NCBI GenBank assembly: GCA_013239625.1
Contig: MU057352.1
Location: forward strand, 32,061,277 to 32,125,276
Length of the DNA: 64,000 nucleotides
Direction: 5' to 3'
Source: Lama guanicoe
Lineage: Eukaryota
Below the pieces are notes generated by a model. It was given only the letters and a program-made list of their open reading frames with translations. It made no database searches and had not been told where the DNA came from. Both the position numbers and the translations under genes were made by a program. The stretch's first letter is position 1, and each line of letters opens with the position of its first letter. Below, piece by piece: positions 24,361 through 36,304 of this stretch.

Positions 24361-25079
24361 CCTGCCCACGAAGAACTGAACTAGAACACGTCAACCCTCG
24401 CCAGCCAGAATGTCAGACCAGAAACACTTCATGTGACGTTTACTGAACTGACGGCTGCGTGTGCGATGTGTCCTTTAAGTCCTGCTCCCAGACGTGGCCT
24501 TGCCTCTCCAGAAGATTCGATGGGAAACCCAGATGCTGGGCAAAGCCAGGAATAGGGGTGACCTGCTAAAGACCCTGGGCGGCCCCAGTCAGTGATGAAA
24601 GCCTTGGGAACGCCAGGGCCTGGCTCGGGCTGGTCCCGGTGTGAGAAGACCCCGCTGTTGGACGAGGCACAGTGTCGAGTCCGGCCAGGGATGGCCCGGA
24701 AGCCGGGTGCACGGTGACTTGAGAAGCCAGGCTGGCCAGTTCCCAGTGAGCCCCAGGGCTGGGCTGGCAGGTGATAGACAGGTATCCAGACTCGTGGGCT
24801 GGGGTTCAGACCTGCCAGGATCTGGACGGGTCCTGGTGAGGAGACCGAGGCTGAACCCCCTTACTGGGCCAGCACGGCAGAGGCAGGGCTCAGAGTCAGA
24901 CGGCGGGGGGAGGGATGGACTCCCCTGGCCCCTCTATTCCTGACCCCTAAGACCTCAACTGGTCTTGGCTGAGCAACAGGAAGATGAGGGCAGGGGGACA
25001 CCGGACCCAGGTCTGGGCTGAGAGACCAGGAACCATCCCCCCCGGAAACCCCCGAAGAAGCTCCTTCAGGGGCTCCCTC

Positions 25080-26300
25080 CTTGGTGATTCCGTGTCTACC
25101 CCTGGCCCTGGCAGGGTGTGTTACCGAGAGCAGGTCTTGTCCCTGCACATCTGGCCCTCTCAACCTTTGGCCACGTCATAGCTTTCTGCCCCTCAGTTGT
25201 TCCTGTAGCAAAGGGTGACCAGCCTGCCTCCAGCCCTTGGGGGCCATGAATAGCACTGCAGAGAACATCCCCAAAGGTGTCCGCTGTGGCGGGCATCTCC
25301 CGTGCAGATGCGTGACTTCACTAAGAACCTCCGTCTCAGCCTGAGAGCCCCGCCCACTGTGCTCCCTGCAGGTGCAAGGTTCTGGACCCACATCCTCAGC
25401 ATTTGTTGTCACTAACTTTCTAACTTTGTGGCTCAGGCGGCTGTCAGCGGCATCTCTGTGGGAATTTTCTGGTGATTAGTGATACCGAGCATCTGTTTGT
25501 GCTCTGACTGGCCATCAGGGCCTCTTCCTTCTGTGAGCTGCCTCTTCGTACCTGGCGCTCAGTGTCGACAGTGTCTCCCATCTGCTGCTTCTTGCTCTTC
25601 AGGGCATCCCAGAGTAACCCGATGGTGACAGCTCACCCGGGCTGTGCCTTCACCTGGAGTCCGTCACTTGGGAGAAAAAGTACATTCTGATGTGGCCGAG
25701 TCTAGCAATGACTTCCCTCCTTGGGACTCCTTGGGGCTTCTGCTAGTGGGGTCTTGATTAGAAAGCCCTTCCCCAAGGTCACAAAGATATTCTCCTGCAT
25801 GTTTAAAATCAGCTTTGTCACTTTACCATTCTTACTGATGTACTGAATTCATCCAGAGTTGAGTTAGTTTATATGGTGGGAAGTGGCAAACTGATTTTAT
25901 GTTTTCCATACACTGCCCACACTTCTTATACTATTTAATAAGTAATCTACTCTTTCCCCAGTTATTTATTACCCTTGATCAGCCTCATACATACTCAGGC
26001 ATCTCTTTCCCAGCCCCTCCACCCACTAGTCCCGTCCCTGTGCCCACAACAGCCCCATGCTCCTTGTCCGTGTTTTATATCTTGAAGTCTAGGAAGTGAG
26101 TTTCCCTCAATGCCCAAAACTTGCTCATCTTTTTCAAATTGGTCTGAGCTATTCATAGAGTTTATTTTTCTAGATATAATTTAGAAATCAAGTTCTAAAA
26201 ATTGCTGTTGAGGGTTTGATCAGATAACATGTTGAATTCTTACATTAATTTAGGAGACATTGACATCTTTACAATGTTTTGCTATCTCATTCTCAAGCAC
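25080..26300 (-). mobile_element. L1ME-type relic (ORF2 end and 3' UTR)
   Basis: T-rich strand with ccccaaggtcacaaagatattctcct and gacattgacatctttacaatgtt, typical of reverse L1 ORF2. Confidence 0.8.
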
Positions 26301-26302
26301 TG

Positions 26303-26715
26303 TTGTATCAGTCAGCAATTGCTACAATAATTGTGCATAACAAAGAGGCCCAGAACCCAACTGCTTACAACAACAGGCTTGCTAATGTGGGGAGCCTGTG
26401 CTCTGCATGCTCATCCTGCTTGGCAACCTGGGGTTGATAGCAGGGTGGGTTCAGAGCTGCTTCGTGGGCCAGCTGTCCTCCTTGGACCAGGGGGCTAGCT
26501 CAGGGTAGGTTCTACCCATGGAGAAAGCAAGGGGAACAATGCCTTACCTCCAAGGGCCTCGGCTGAGCCAGCATACGATTGCCCCGCCCATGTTCTGTTG
26601 TCGTGGCAGCCAAACAGCCAAGCCCAACCTCAGTGGGGCTGGGGAGTCACGGAGGCCTCTCCCCATGGCAGCGGGCAGACCATCTGAGGCGTGAGAACAG
26701 CCATCCAGATCTCCC
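26303..26715 (-). mobile_element. MLT1I/J-like MaLR LTR
   Basis: tgtatcagtcagcaattgctacaataattgtgcataacaaa...gcttacaacaaca...gccaagcccaacctcagtggggctgggg. Confidence 0.75.
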
Positions 26716-29229
26716 ACTGAAGTAAGTCTTATTGATTCAGCTCCATTTTCACGTTAATTATTAGAGCTGTGAATGCTTCTTAGGAAGGCCAGGGACCTTC
26801 CTGCTTCTGGACCCTTTGTTGCTCAGATGGTCCACCCGCTGCAGCTCCCGCCTAGCCAGCCCTCCTCCCCGGGGGCAGGCACCCAGATGGGAGCATCATC
26901 TCCCCACCACGGGGGAAATGAAATCAGGGTCTCTGCGTCGCTCCGTCAGCTCCGGGGCCCACTTGCAGGAGCACGAATGAACAGATGGGAGTGGAGTCTG
27001 GACCCTGGGAACGAGCTCGCTCCTGGAGTCAGGCCACATCTATTCCAAGGCCAGCCCTGCCGTGGACGCCCCGCGCGCCCCGGCACATCCCGCGTGGCCC
27101 CTGGGCCTCCAGCTCTCCCGCATGTAAAGCGAGGGGATTGGACCTAATGACTCCCAGAGGCCTGTCCCCAGTCTGTGGCTCTTTATGAATCTGTAATTCG
27201 TGATACATCTGAAAAGAGTTCCAGCTCGGGAAGAGAGGAAACCCTGCTTCAGGGAAGGCATGGGGGACATCCGGGAGTCAGCTATAAACTCGGGGGGAGG
27301 TGTGCGTGCGTGCACGTGTGTGTCTGTGTGTTTGGGGGCATGGGAGGCAGGAACACTCACTGGGTTCAGGGTTTTAAAGCAAGAAATTGGGCGGAAAGAG
27401 CAGAATGGTCCTGTGTGGCTGGAAATGTCAGAACTAGGAATCAGTGCCTGGAAGACACGGGGAAGCGGACGCAACCCCATCCTCGGAGGCAGTTTTCTCT
27501 GGCCCAGCGCTTCCAGTAGCAATACGGGCTCCCTCAGCGGAAGGGGCTGGGGCCTGGGCAGGGGCAAGGGGACACCAGCTCCGAGCTCTACGATGGATCG
27601 ATCGAGCATGTGATAAAACGCGCCCTCCAGGCATGTCTCCTTCTATCTCCAGCAGCAGAAGGAAATCCTGGCTGCCGTATCTTGCCCTTTCTCTCCCCCT
27701 AAACGTATTCCCCGATCCTTGCCGGGGGGGGGGGCCCTGTGGTGGAGCCAGCTTGGCGAATCCCATGTTCCGGCCACCTGACAGTCAAACGCCCCAGCGC
27801 AGTTTGCCTTGAGGCGGCTCCTGGCTTCTGCGTCGCCATGGGGAGCTGGGGGGAGGGGTGGGGAGCAGGGGCAGGAGGAGGAAGGGGGGTGATGGAGGCA
27901 AAACCTGCTCATAATTCAAGCACCTGCTCAGTACTTGCATCTGGGCTGCTTCTTCCGGTCGTGGGCCGCAAGGCAGATGAGCTCCGCGGTCGGCCGCACC
28001 TGGAGGAAACTCTGCAGGTGTGCTTTCCAGGCGATCAGAGGATTCAACCGCAGGAGGCAGAAGTGAGGGAGAGAGAGAAGAGAGAAGCGACCCTCCGAGG
28101 CCCACAGGCAGAGCGTTCCAAGCGCCCCGCTCCCGCGATGGTTCCTGCATCCCGGACGCCTTTCTGACCCGTCTCACCCAGCTGGAGCGTCTCCAGGAGG
28201 AGGTGGCGGGGCCACAGGCACCGGTCAGGCGCTGGCGGGGGGACCGGAGATGGCAGTCTCTGGTGCGTCACAGCATCCTGTGGTTCCGGCAGTTCCCTCC
28301 TCTTTCCGGGGCTCCCTGTCCCCTCCATGCCCTGAGCGGGCGGGTGGGCGCAGCTGAGGGAGCGTGGCCTTGCAGAGGGCTGTCAGCAGGGCGGGGTCAG
28401 CGGGCAGAAGCCCGCGGCCCTACTTGGTTCCACCATTCAGTTCGCGTGGAATCTTCCCTCCACAGCCCGGCGGTGGGCACCCTCCGCACGCTTTCATGTT
28501 TCCATGGTAACCACATCCCCCAGGAGGACGGGCCTGTGCCTGCTGCCTTCTTCTCTGCATCCCCACATCTTGGCACAGAGGAGGTGCCCATTGAAGGCCA
28601 TTGCCACGAACAGACCCAGGAGCGGAGCTCAGTTCCCTCTGCGGCCGTGTTAACCAGCTGCCCCACCTCAGACCCTCTGCCTCTGGGGGTGAACAGGCAC
28701 TTGGAAGCAGTGTGCCAGGGTGGGTGTCCTCTGGTGGGATCTGGGAAGAAATTCTGGAGGTAAGGCTATGATGTGAAAACTTGCTTCTCCTTAGGACCAC
28801 CTCTTGGAAGTTCCAGCACAGGTGACACCAAAGTTTAGAGACACACACGAGAGACTTTCTTATTTCCGAGGGAAAATCAGTCCACACGAGGTAGAACTCG
28901 CGTGGCTGATGCTGTTGGCCACGGCAGGACTCAAATAACGTTTATTCAAGACACTGAGACGTTTGCACACCATCCCTGCTCCGAAACACTGCCGAGTGCT
29001 CCCTCACTTTCTCTGGACTTTGTGGGGTGGCCCGGATGCATACAACCCCAGAGGATTTTCACTGAAATGACCCAAGTAATGGCTTCTGTCTTTGGTTTCT
29101 ACACAAAATTGTGTTTGCTGGACCCCAAGAGTGTGCTTAGGACAAAATTAGTTTGTGTGAAATTGAAAATATAGGGAAAACCAGACCATGGAAGCTTACA
29201 GCCTGGTCACAGGGAAAAAGCAATTATAT

Positions 29230-30725
29230 GAAGCAGATGCCCCCTGCTTATAGACCATGTTGTGTCTGACCAACACACCCACAAAGGACATCATCACAGC
29301 TGGATAAGGTGCGAGGTGAACTGCTGCTGGAAGACATCAGAGTGTAGCCGAGGCGGCTGAGATCACGCCCCCAGGAGGAGGGAACAGAGGCAGGAAGGTT
29401 ACACTGGCCCCGCTGGGGATGTTTGCAGGACACGAGGTCCAAGCAGAGAGCTGTGGCTCTTGGGTCTGAAAAGATCAAAGAGGATCATCCAGGCAGCCAG
29501 GACGTGAGGGGCCAAGGTCCATGAGAAAGGAGAATTTCACAGACATGATCCTACAGTTTTGAACGAATGTTTCCCCTGAGGAATTTTCCAGAACCCAAGC
29601 CTCATGTGGTTGTAAGAGGTCTAGAAACCACGCACAGAGCAGCTGAGCAGGGCTCTGAAGCCAAGGAGGGCTTTAGAGAACTTGGGGGAGGAAACTGGAG
29701 AGGAAGGACCCTCACACTTTCAGCAGAGGCCCCAGCAGTGCAACACGATAGCAGTGCTGGCTAACGTCACGGCGGTAGTCACATGGCAATACATAAATGC
29801 GCCAAGCCCACATGTCGCACCCCTTAAATTGTGCGTTGCATGCCAGCTGTACTTCAGTGAAACAGAAACAAAAGTATCAGACATGGGATGAGGCAGAAAT
29901 ATGTCACACAAGGGCAAAAAGAAAAAATAGTTAAAGAGTAACAGATCCAGACATGAAATGAGAAGAACAGGACTTGAAGACACACATGGCAACCACGCTG
30001 AAGCGTCTGCGGGTGAGAACGTGCATGATGAGCAAAGGGGAAGGGGAGGCTCGGGAGAGCTTTCAAAACTAAAAGCAAGCGGAGAAAATTATTTGACTGC
30101 GATGGAAAGGACGTTGCCCTTGAAGACGGGCTTTGAGAGTGCATGAATTAAAGCATGGGGAAAAGACAACCTGAGCTCCGTTCACCTGTGGAGCAATAGG
30201 AAGAGATCTAACACATATTGCAACTGAGAATGGGGAAGAAAGCGTGTTTAAATACGTATTAGCAGAAATTTCCTAAATGTGAATGAAGCATCAGTCTACC
30301 AATCCAAGAAACTCAGTAAAACCGAGCAAAATGAACACAAAGAAAAACGCAGTTAGGCACATCCTAGCCAAACTGCTGAGCATCACCGCTGAAGGGAAAA
30401 TCTCCAAAGCAGCGAGAGGGGAGAGGGGGGTGCTAGGGATGGAGGCAAAGGAAAAAATCACAGCTGACTTCTCACAGAAACACCGAGGCCAGAGGACGCG
30501 GAATGCTGTCTTTCACCGTCAACCTGGAATTCTCTAAGCTGCAAAATGCTTTTGAAGGTGAGGGTCAAATAAAGATGCTTTCACAGAAACAAAGACAGAG
30601 AGACTCCATCACCAGTGCCCCCGCACTGGAACAAAAGGTGAATGCTCCTCCAGGGAAAGGAGCGGGAGGCAGCACGGCGCACGGCATGTGTGTGCGGATA
30701 AATGAGATGCCTTTTCCCTTAAATT
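29230..30725 (+). mobile_element. Old L1M 5' region and ORF1 relic
   Basis: ORF 30283-30537 reads RHILAKLL...KISKAAR...ITADFS, the L1 ORF1p RRM/CTD signature; broken by stops and frameshifts. Confidence 0.85.
29740..29875 (+). mobile_element. Short L1MA/MB-type 3' end nested in an older L1
   Basis: gcaatacataaatgcgccaagcccacatgtcgcacccttaaatt...ccagctgtacttcagtgaaac resembles the L1MA9-like terminus. Confidence 0.6.
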
Positions 30726-30769
30726 CTTGAAAAGCCAGTTGACAAATAATAATCAAAAAAGATGACAGA

Positions 30770-31430
30770 GTTGGAATATCACCCTGTGCACCTCCGAGTG
30801 AGTGAGGAGGGCCAGGCGCTAGAAATCTGCGGCTGTTCACACGGCGAAGAGATACCATCAGAAATGACGTGCCTCCTGCTGTCTGGCCAAACACGAACAC
30901 CATCTTCTGAAAGGGATTAAGTTGAGTTTGACCCAGTCTCTGGCTCCAGCAGCCAATATGCAGAAAGTAGAAAGACAGAGGAGCATGTGGGGAATGCTAT
31001 CAGCAAAATCCAGGCTGTGGGAAAGTCGACCAGTCAAAGGAACCAGGCTTCCCCACAGATAATGGCTCAGAGTAGAAAGAATTAGGAGGGACTCGCAGGA
31101 TAAAAGAAATTTAAAGGACATGTCAAATTTTTTAAATTGGGTAAGACTAAGCCTTAATGTCCAGGGATTCACCTTTGACAGATAAAACTTTTTTTTAATG
31201 TAATTGCTATGAAAATCAGGATAGTGATTACTTGTAGGGGTGCAGGGGGAGTAGAGAAGATTTGAGGGAGATGGGGCTGGTGGACAGGGCTCCTAGGGCG
31301 GGCAGCAAAATTCCATTTCTTGAACTGGGAGTGGTTAGCAGAGTGTTTGCTTAAGAGTACATTGTAAACCGCATGTTATTTTCTGTCTCTGTGTTTTAAA
31401 ATGTAAAAGTATATTTTAAGTAAATTGGCA
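30770..31430 (+). mobile_element. L1MC4/5-like 3' UTR
   Basis: atcagcaaaatccaggctgtgggaaa...gataaaagaaatttaaaggacatgtca...aaaatcaggatagtgattac. Confidence 0.7.
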
Positions 31431-31496
31431 CTTTGGAACAAAAGTAATAATAATTTAGTGCAGTGGTTTAAAACATATGTGGAAGTAAAATGATGG

Positions 31497-31969
31497 TGTT
31501 GCCAAATCCGAGCACCTACTCCTCACTGCACAACAGACCAATAAATCAAGAGAGGAGTTGTTGGGGCAAAGAATTGCGACTTTATTCAGAAAACCAGAAG
31601 ACCAAGGAGATGGGGGACTAATGTCCCAAAGAACCATCTTGCCTGAGTTAGAATTCAGGCTTCTTTTATACTAAAAGGGGAGGGAATAAAGTCAGACGTC
31701 TCCTGGCTCTGGTCAGCCTCCGCAGCCTCCTTCCTGTGGTCATTCACAGAGGGGCCTGGTCTGAGGGTTTCCTGCGAGCTCAACAAAGGTATTTTAGCTT
31801 AATGCTCATTACCTGGGAGGCAGGGTTCCCAGAGATGGGCCATTATGTATAATTTAAGCTTGTAGGCAACGTCCCTTTAGAGTTAACTTGTAGCAAAAGC
31901 GATAGAATAGAAAGGTTACAGTAAAAGAAACAGACCGATATGGAGTCAGAGTGGTTCCTCTCTGCTACA
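31497..31969 (-). mobile_element. Solo ERV1-class LTR (473 bp)
   Basis: TG...CA termini (tgttgc...gctaca); minus-strand AATAAA (tttatt near 31581) and TATA box (cttttata near 31662); resembles cetartiodactyl ERV1 LTRs. No clear TSD. Confidence 0.8.
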
Positions 31970-32179
31970 GCAGCACACGCACGCAGCCAGGGGACTGCCG
32001 AGCCGCTCCAGGCTGCAGACAGAAGGGCCCCTGAGAACCAGAGAGAACAGCTCCTTGGCTCACAGGGGGCAGGGATGTTGGGCTGGTCTCTTGGGCCTGC
32101 GGTTGGACAGCAAGGCCTCGGGGTTGGTGGGGCGTCGGGCATCCAGGAAGCCTTGCCTCAGGAGTGGGGATAACTAGAC

Positions 32180-34259
32180 CAGATTAGCCAGACTAACTGT
32201 GGCTCTGAGCCAGACTGACGACCCTTAGCAGAAACCTGAGAGGACAGCAGTCTTTCCAGGGAACTCGGCTTGATCCCACAGCAACGCTCAGGATCGTTTT
32301 TGGAAACACAAGAACATCCAGCACCCAACAAGGTAAAGTTCACAACGTTTGCTCTCCAGTCAACTGACCATGTATGCAAAGAGCAGAACAACATGGCCCA
32401 GGCTGACGAGAAAAAGCGTTCAGTAGCGACATGTAAGCGACGCAGATTGTAGCGGTAACAGGCGAGGGCGTTACACAGCTCCTAGAACCATGTCCACACG
32501 TTCAGAAAGGTAAAGGCTGAACGCGTTAAGTAATGACATCGAAGATGTGAAAGGACCCAGTCAAACCTCTAGGGGTGCACACTGCTGTGTCAAGTGCAGA
32601 CGGAAACATCCCTACAAAAAACAGTAACAAAAAGGACGATTAGAAAACAAACATCGAAAAGTAGCGTCAACCCAAGTATTCTCAATAATTACGTTCAACT
32701 TAAGTTTTCTCAACATCCCAATCAGAAGACAGATCTTCAGGCTGGATAAACACTGAGCTCTGTGCTGCCTACAAAAAAGCCCACCCTAAACATAAAGACA
32801 CAAATGGGAGAAAATGTGACGATGGACAGCCTTACACCGTGCTGCCCTTCAGGGAGAGACGGGGGAGGGGCTCAGGAGCTACAAGAGGACCAGACAAAGC
32901 ACATTTCAGAGCAAAGAGTGTTGTGCGGAAGATGGAAAATTCACTTCAAGTGGCAGAGACATCGGCTCATCAGGCGAGCACAGCAGTCTTACGTGTCCGT
33001 GCACTTAGTAACAGAGGCAGAACTGATGGGAATGCAGGGAAACAAAGGCAGAAACTGGGAGACCTAGGTTCCTGCCTCTCAGTAATCGATGGAATTAAGC
33101 ACCACGAATCAATAAGGACCCGGAAGCCTCGAACCACACTGTTAACCAGTCTGACCTGACTGGCATTTGTAAAGCACATTCTTTCTAGTGCACATGGAGC
33201 ATTATCTACCAGGGTAGACTGTATTCCGGCCACTAAGACAAGGTCTCAATACGTTAAAAAGGATTCAGTTCGCATGAAGTACGTTCTGTGACCACAACGG
33301 ACTTCAATTAGAAATCAATAGTAAAAGATTTGTGTAAAGTCCCCAAATATTGAGAAACTAAATAACACACTTGTAATGGCCCCTGCATCGATGAAGAGAA
33401 CCCAAGGGGAAATTAGAAAGTATTCTGGACTGAATGAAAACAGAGCATATCAGAATTTGTAAAATGTCACTAAAACAGCAGGTCGAGGAAACTCAGGGCG
33501 AAGGATCAACATTAGAAGAGAAGAAAGGTTTCAGATCAAAGCTCTCTGCCTTCACCTTTAAGAGCCAATAAAAGAAGAGCAAATGAAACTGAAATTAAAC
33601 AGAAGTGAGGGGACATTCAAATAAGGACAGGAATCAATACAACAGAGAACAGAAACACAACAGACAAGACCAGTGAAGGCAAAAGTTGGCTTTTTTGCAG
33701 AAGATTATTAAAACTGGTGATTCTCAGAAGACACCAGTTACAAACGTCAGAAATGAGGAAGGTGACGTCATTTCAGACTGAACAGGTATTAAAAGGATAA
33801 TGAGGAATAATATGAACTGTATTCCACTAAGTTTGACAACTTAGATGAAATTCACAAACTCTTTAAATACACAAGTAACCAAAGTTCTCTGAAAAGGAGA
33901 TAACCTAACTGGCATCACCCTTTAACTATTTAAAGAAAATAGCCTTGCAGTTGAAAACTTTGCCACAAAGGAAACTCTTGTAATTTTTGACAAAGTGCCA
34001 CCACAGTACAGCGAGGGAAAAATCATCTTTGCAGTAAGCGGTGTTGGGTCAGTTGGGTGTCTACACAGGAGAAAAAAGAGTTGGGTGTGATCGTACATCA
34101 TTTAATAGCTGTCAAAAAACACGTCAAACCCCGGTTCCTGGCAGATTTTTAGACATAACTGTGACATAGGTCCCCTTCTTCTTGACCTTGAGGTAGCCCC
34201 CAACCGCGATGGAAAAGAATGATACATTGTATTTGATTAGAGTTAAGAATTTACCTCCA
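32180..34259 (+). mobile_element. Old L1M relic: 5' region and ORF2 endonuclease/linker region
   Basis: gtgcacatggagcattatctaccagggtagac...gttctgtgaccacaacggacttcaattagaaatcaa is the L1 endonuclease SDH motif region; heavily deleted. Confidence 0.85.
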
Positions 34260-34407
34260 TCTGTATAGAACAGGGAACTATATTCAATAACTTATAATAA
34301 CCTGTAATGAAAAAGGATGTGAAGAAGAATATCCGTATGTATAACTGATTCACTTTGCTGTGCACTAGAAGCTCACACATTGTAAATCAAATATACTCCA
34401 TTAAAAA
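34260..34407 (+). mobile_element. Younger cetartiodactyl L1 (L1_Art-like) 3' end with a 15-bp TSD
   Basis: ctgtatagaacagggaactatattcaata...gtataactgattcactttgctgt...acattgtaaatcaaatatact, flanked by aagaatttacctcca (34245-34259) and aagaatctacatcca (34408-34422) at a TT/AAGA site. Confidence 0.85.
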
Positions 34408-34422
34408 AAGAATCTACATCCA

Positions 34423-35285
34423 CCCAGAGACTCTGGTCCAGAATATATTTAAAAGAGAACGTCTATAAATCAATGGGGAAAACACAAACGGCCCAATATT
34501 TAAAAGTGACAAATAGCTCAAACAGAAACATCATGAGGATAACATCTAATTGGGCAATAAACAAGAGTGCCCAATCCCATTGGCTGTTAAGAAAGTGTAC
34601 ATTAAAGTCACAGAATAGTAGCACTACGCAGAATGGCCAGGTTTTAAAGTTGCAAACACTAAACGTTGGCAAAGATGCGCAGTAATAAAAACGCACAGCC
34701 AGCAGGAGTGCAAGTTGGCACGACCAGTCTGAAGCGCCGTGCGCGGTATGCAGTGAAGCTGAGTTTCCTCCACTTTGTAGACCTGTTGATTTCACTCCTC
34801 GACATCAGCCCGACAGAGATGCTGTAGATACCCATCAAAAGATGTGCACATGAAGACTTACAGCAGTTCTTAATGCAATAACCGAAAAATTAGGAATAAT
34901 TATGTTGCCCAGCAACAGTAAATTTTCACATAGTCATAATGAGTAACACAGCAGTATATAAAATAAAGGGATGTTGCTACTCTTAATAACATGAAAGACT
35001 CAGAAACGTAATGATGGAAGAACGCTGAAAGAGTACTTGGCACATGATCCAGGTCATATGAAGTTCTGAAGTCCTAGTCCAGCGTGCGGTGCTGGAAACT
35101 AGAATGGCCCTTGCCTCTGGGGGACTGGTGACAGGCAGGAAGGCTGCTGGGGGCTGGGGGGCTTCTAGTTCTCCACCTGCCTGGGTTCACCTGGGTGACT
35201 TTACTCTGCGAAGTCTTACCAACCTGTTCACTCATGACTCACGCGTTTTTCTGAATGTGTATTCTACTGAAATCAAATGACAAAT
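34423..35285 (+). mobile_element. L1ME-type 3' end (continuation of the host L1)
   Basis: tccagaatatatttaaaagagaacgtctataaatcaat...gactttactctgcgaagtcttaccaacctgttcactcatgact...ctactgaaatcaaa. Confidence 0.8.
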
Positions 35286-35319
35286 AGGTATATGAAATAG
35301 ACAGCAGTGGAATTCACAC

Positions 35320-35550
35320 CGTGTGGTGTTGGTGCCGCACGAAGGGGAAATCTGAGTTCAAACCCCACCTCTGCAGTGTGTTAGCCCAAACCTATGGGGA
35401 AGCCATTCAAGCTCCCTCAACTTCATTACAGGCTTCTTTGAGGCTTACTGGGTAACCCAATCGTGTTCCCAGCTTAGAGCAGACATGCTAAAAATAGCAG
35501 CGGTGTTGGGTATCGGTTAAAAATGCGGGTTCTGGAGCCAGACTTGGGTG
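35320..35550 (+). mobile_element. Two adjacent MIR fragments
   Basis: ctgagttcaaaccccacctctgc and ggttaaaaatgcgggttctggagccagacttgggt (MIR 5' head). Confidence 0.65.
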
Positions 35551-35689
35551 TACATATATAAGTAACTGAAGCTTTTGTAATAGCGGTCACCGGGTTGACT
35601 TAGAATATCGGTTTAAGTTTGTGTTGGGGTCACTTCTTCTGGTGGTCCTGGGTCCTCTTGCTCCCTGCCTCTAGGCTGGGGTCCTGGTC

Positions 35690-35808
35690 CCACCTCTGCT
35701 CCGTATGTGCAGAGAGCCCGTGGCCCACGACCTGCAGCCCCGCTCCAGGGGTCCAGGGGCCCCAGATGTTGCCAAGATCTTGGTGCAATAAAATAATTTT
35801 TGTGAGTC
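35690..35808 (+). repeat. 119-bp direct repeat, copy 1
   Basis: Identical base for base to 36186-36304. Confidence 0.97.
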
Positions 35809-35848
35809 TTGCCTGTGTGTTTTTTTTTCCCCCTTTGACTTTTAAAAG

Positions 35849-35906
35849 TTTCACCTCAACCACAGTCCGCCGTCGCAGGTCACGGGAGAGGTCGACCGAG
35901 TCTCTG
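35849..35906 (+). other. Orphan 58-nt exon-like segment of unknown origin
   Basis: Polypyrimidine tract and AG at 35847-35848, CpG-rich body with no stop in any frame, donor CTG/GTAACC. Gene not recognised. Confidence 0.35.
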
Positions 35907-36185
35907 GTAACCCACCCATGAGCCGGGCACCTTCTGCAGCAGGAAAGCTTAGAGCGGGTCTCCGTTAAGAGTTAAGGGGAGTGAAGAGGTTTACTTGTGT
36001 GTCTTAATGTGTTATTTGAATTTAAGAAGACAGGAATCTTCGAAGAGGCTCCCTGAGCTTTGTGGGCGATGGTCTGTGAGCACTGAATTGGAGAAACTTG
36101 GCAACAGTATCATTCCACTGAGGTTTGCTGTTTGAATTTGTTTTGACTGAATAATGTTTGGATTTCTGCAGAGAAAGGGGGGAGA

Positions 36186-36304
36186 CCACCTCTGCTCCGT
36201 ATGTGCAGAGAGCCCGTGGCCCACGACCTGCAGCCCCGCTCCAGGGGTCCAGGGGCCCCAGATGTTGCCAAGATCTTGGTGCAATAAAATAATTTTTGTG
36301 AGTC
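36186..36304 (+). repeat. 119-bp direct repeat, copy 2
   Basis: Identical to 35690-35808; preceded by the purine tract agagaaaggggggaga. Confidence 0.97.

Noticed and set aside
27840-27892. G-quadruplex-forming G-run cluster (also 10875-10920)
   Set aside because: Such runs are common throughout this GC-rich window and nothing singles these out.
30283-30537. ORF with L1 ORF1p motifs as a functional CDS
   Set aside because: Short fragment of a decayed L1 with frameshifts and stops on both sides.
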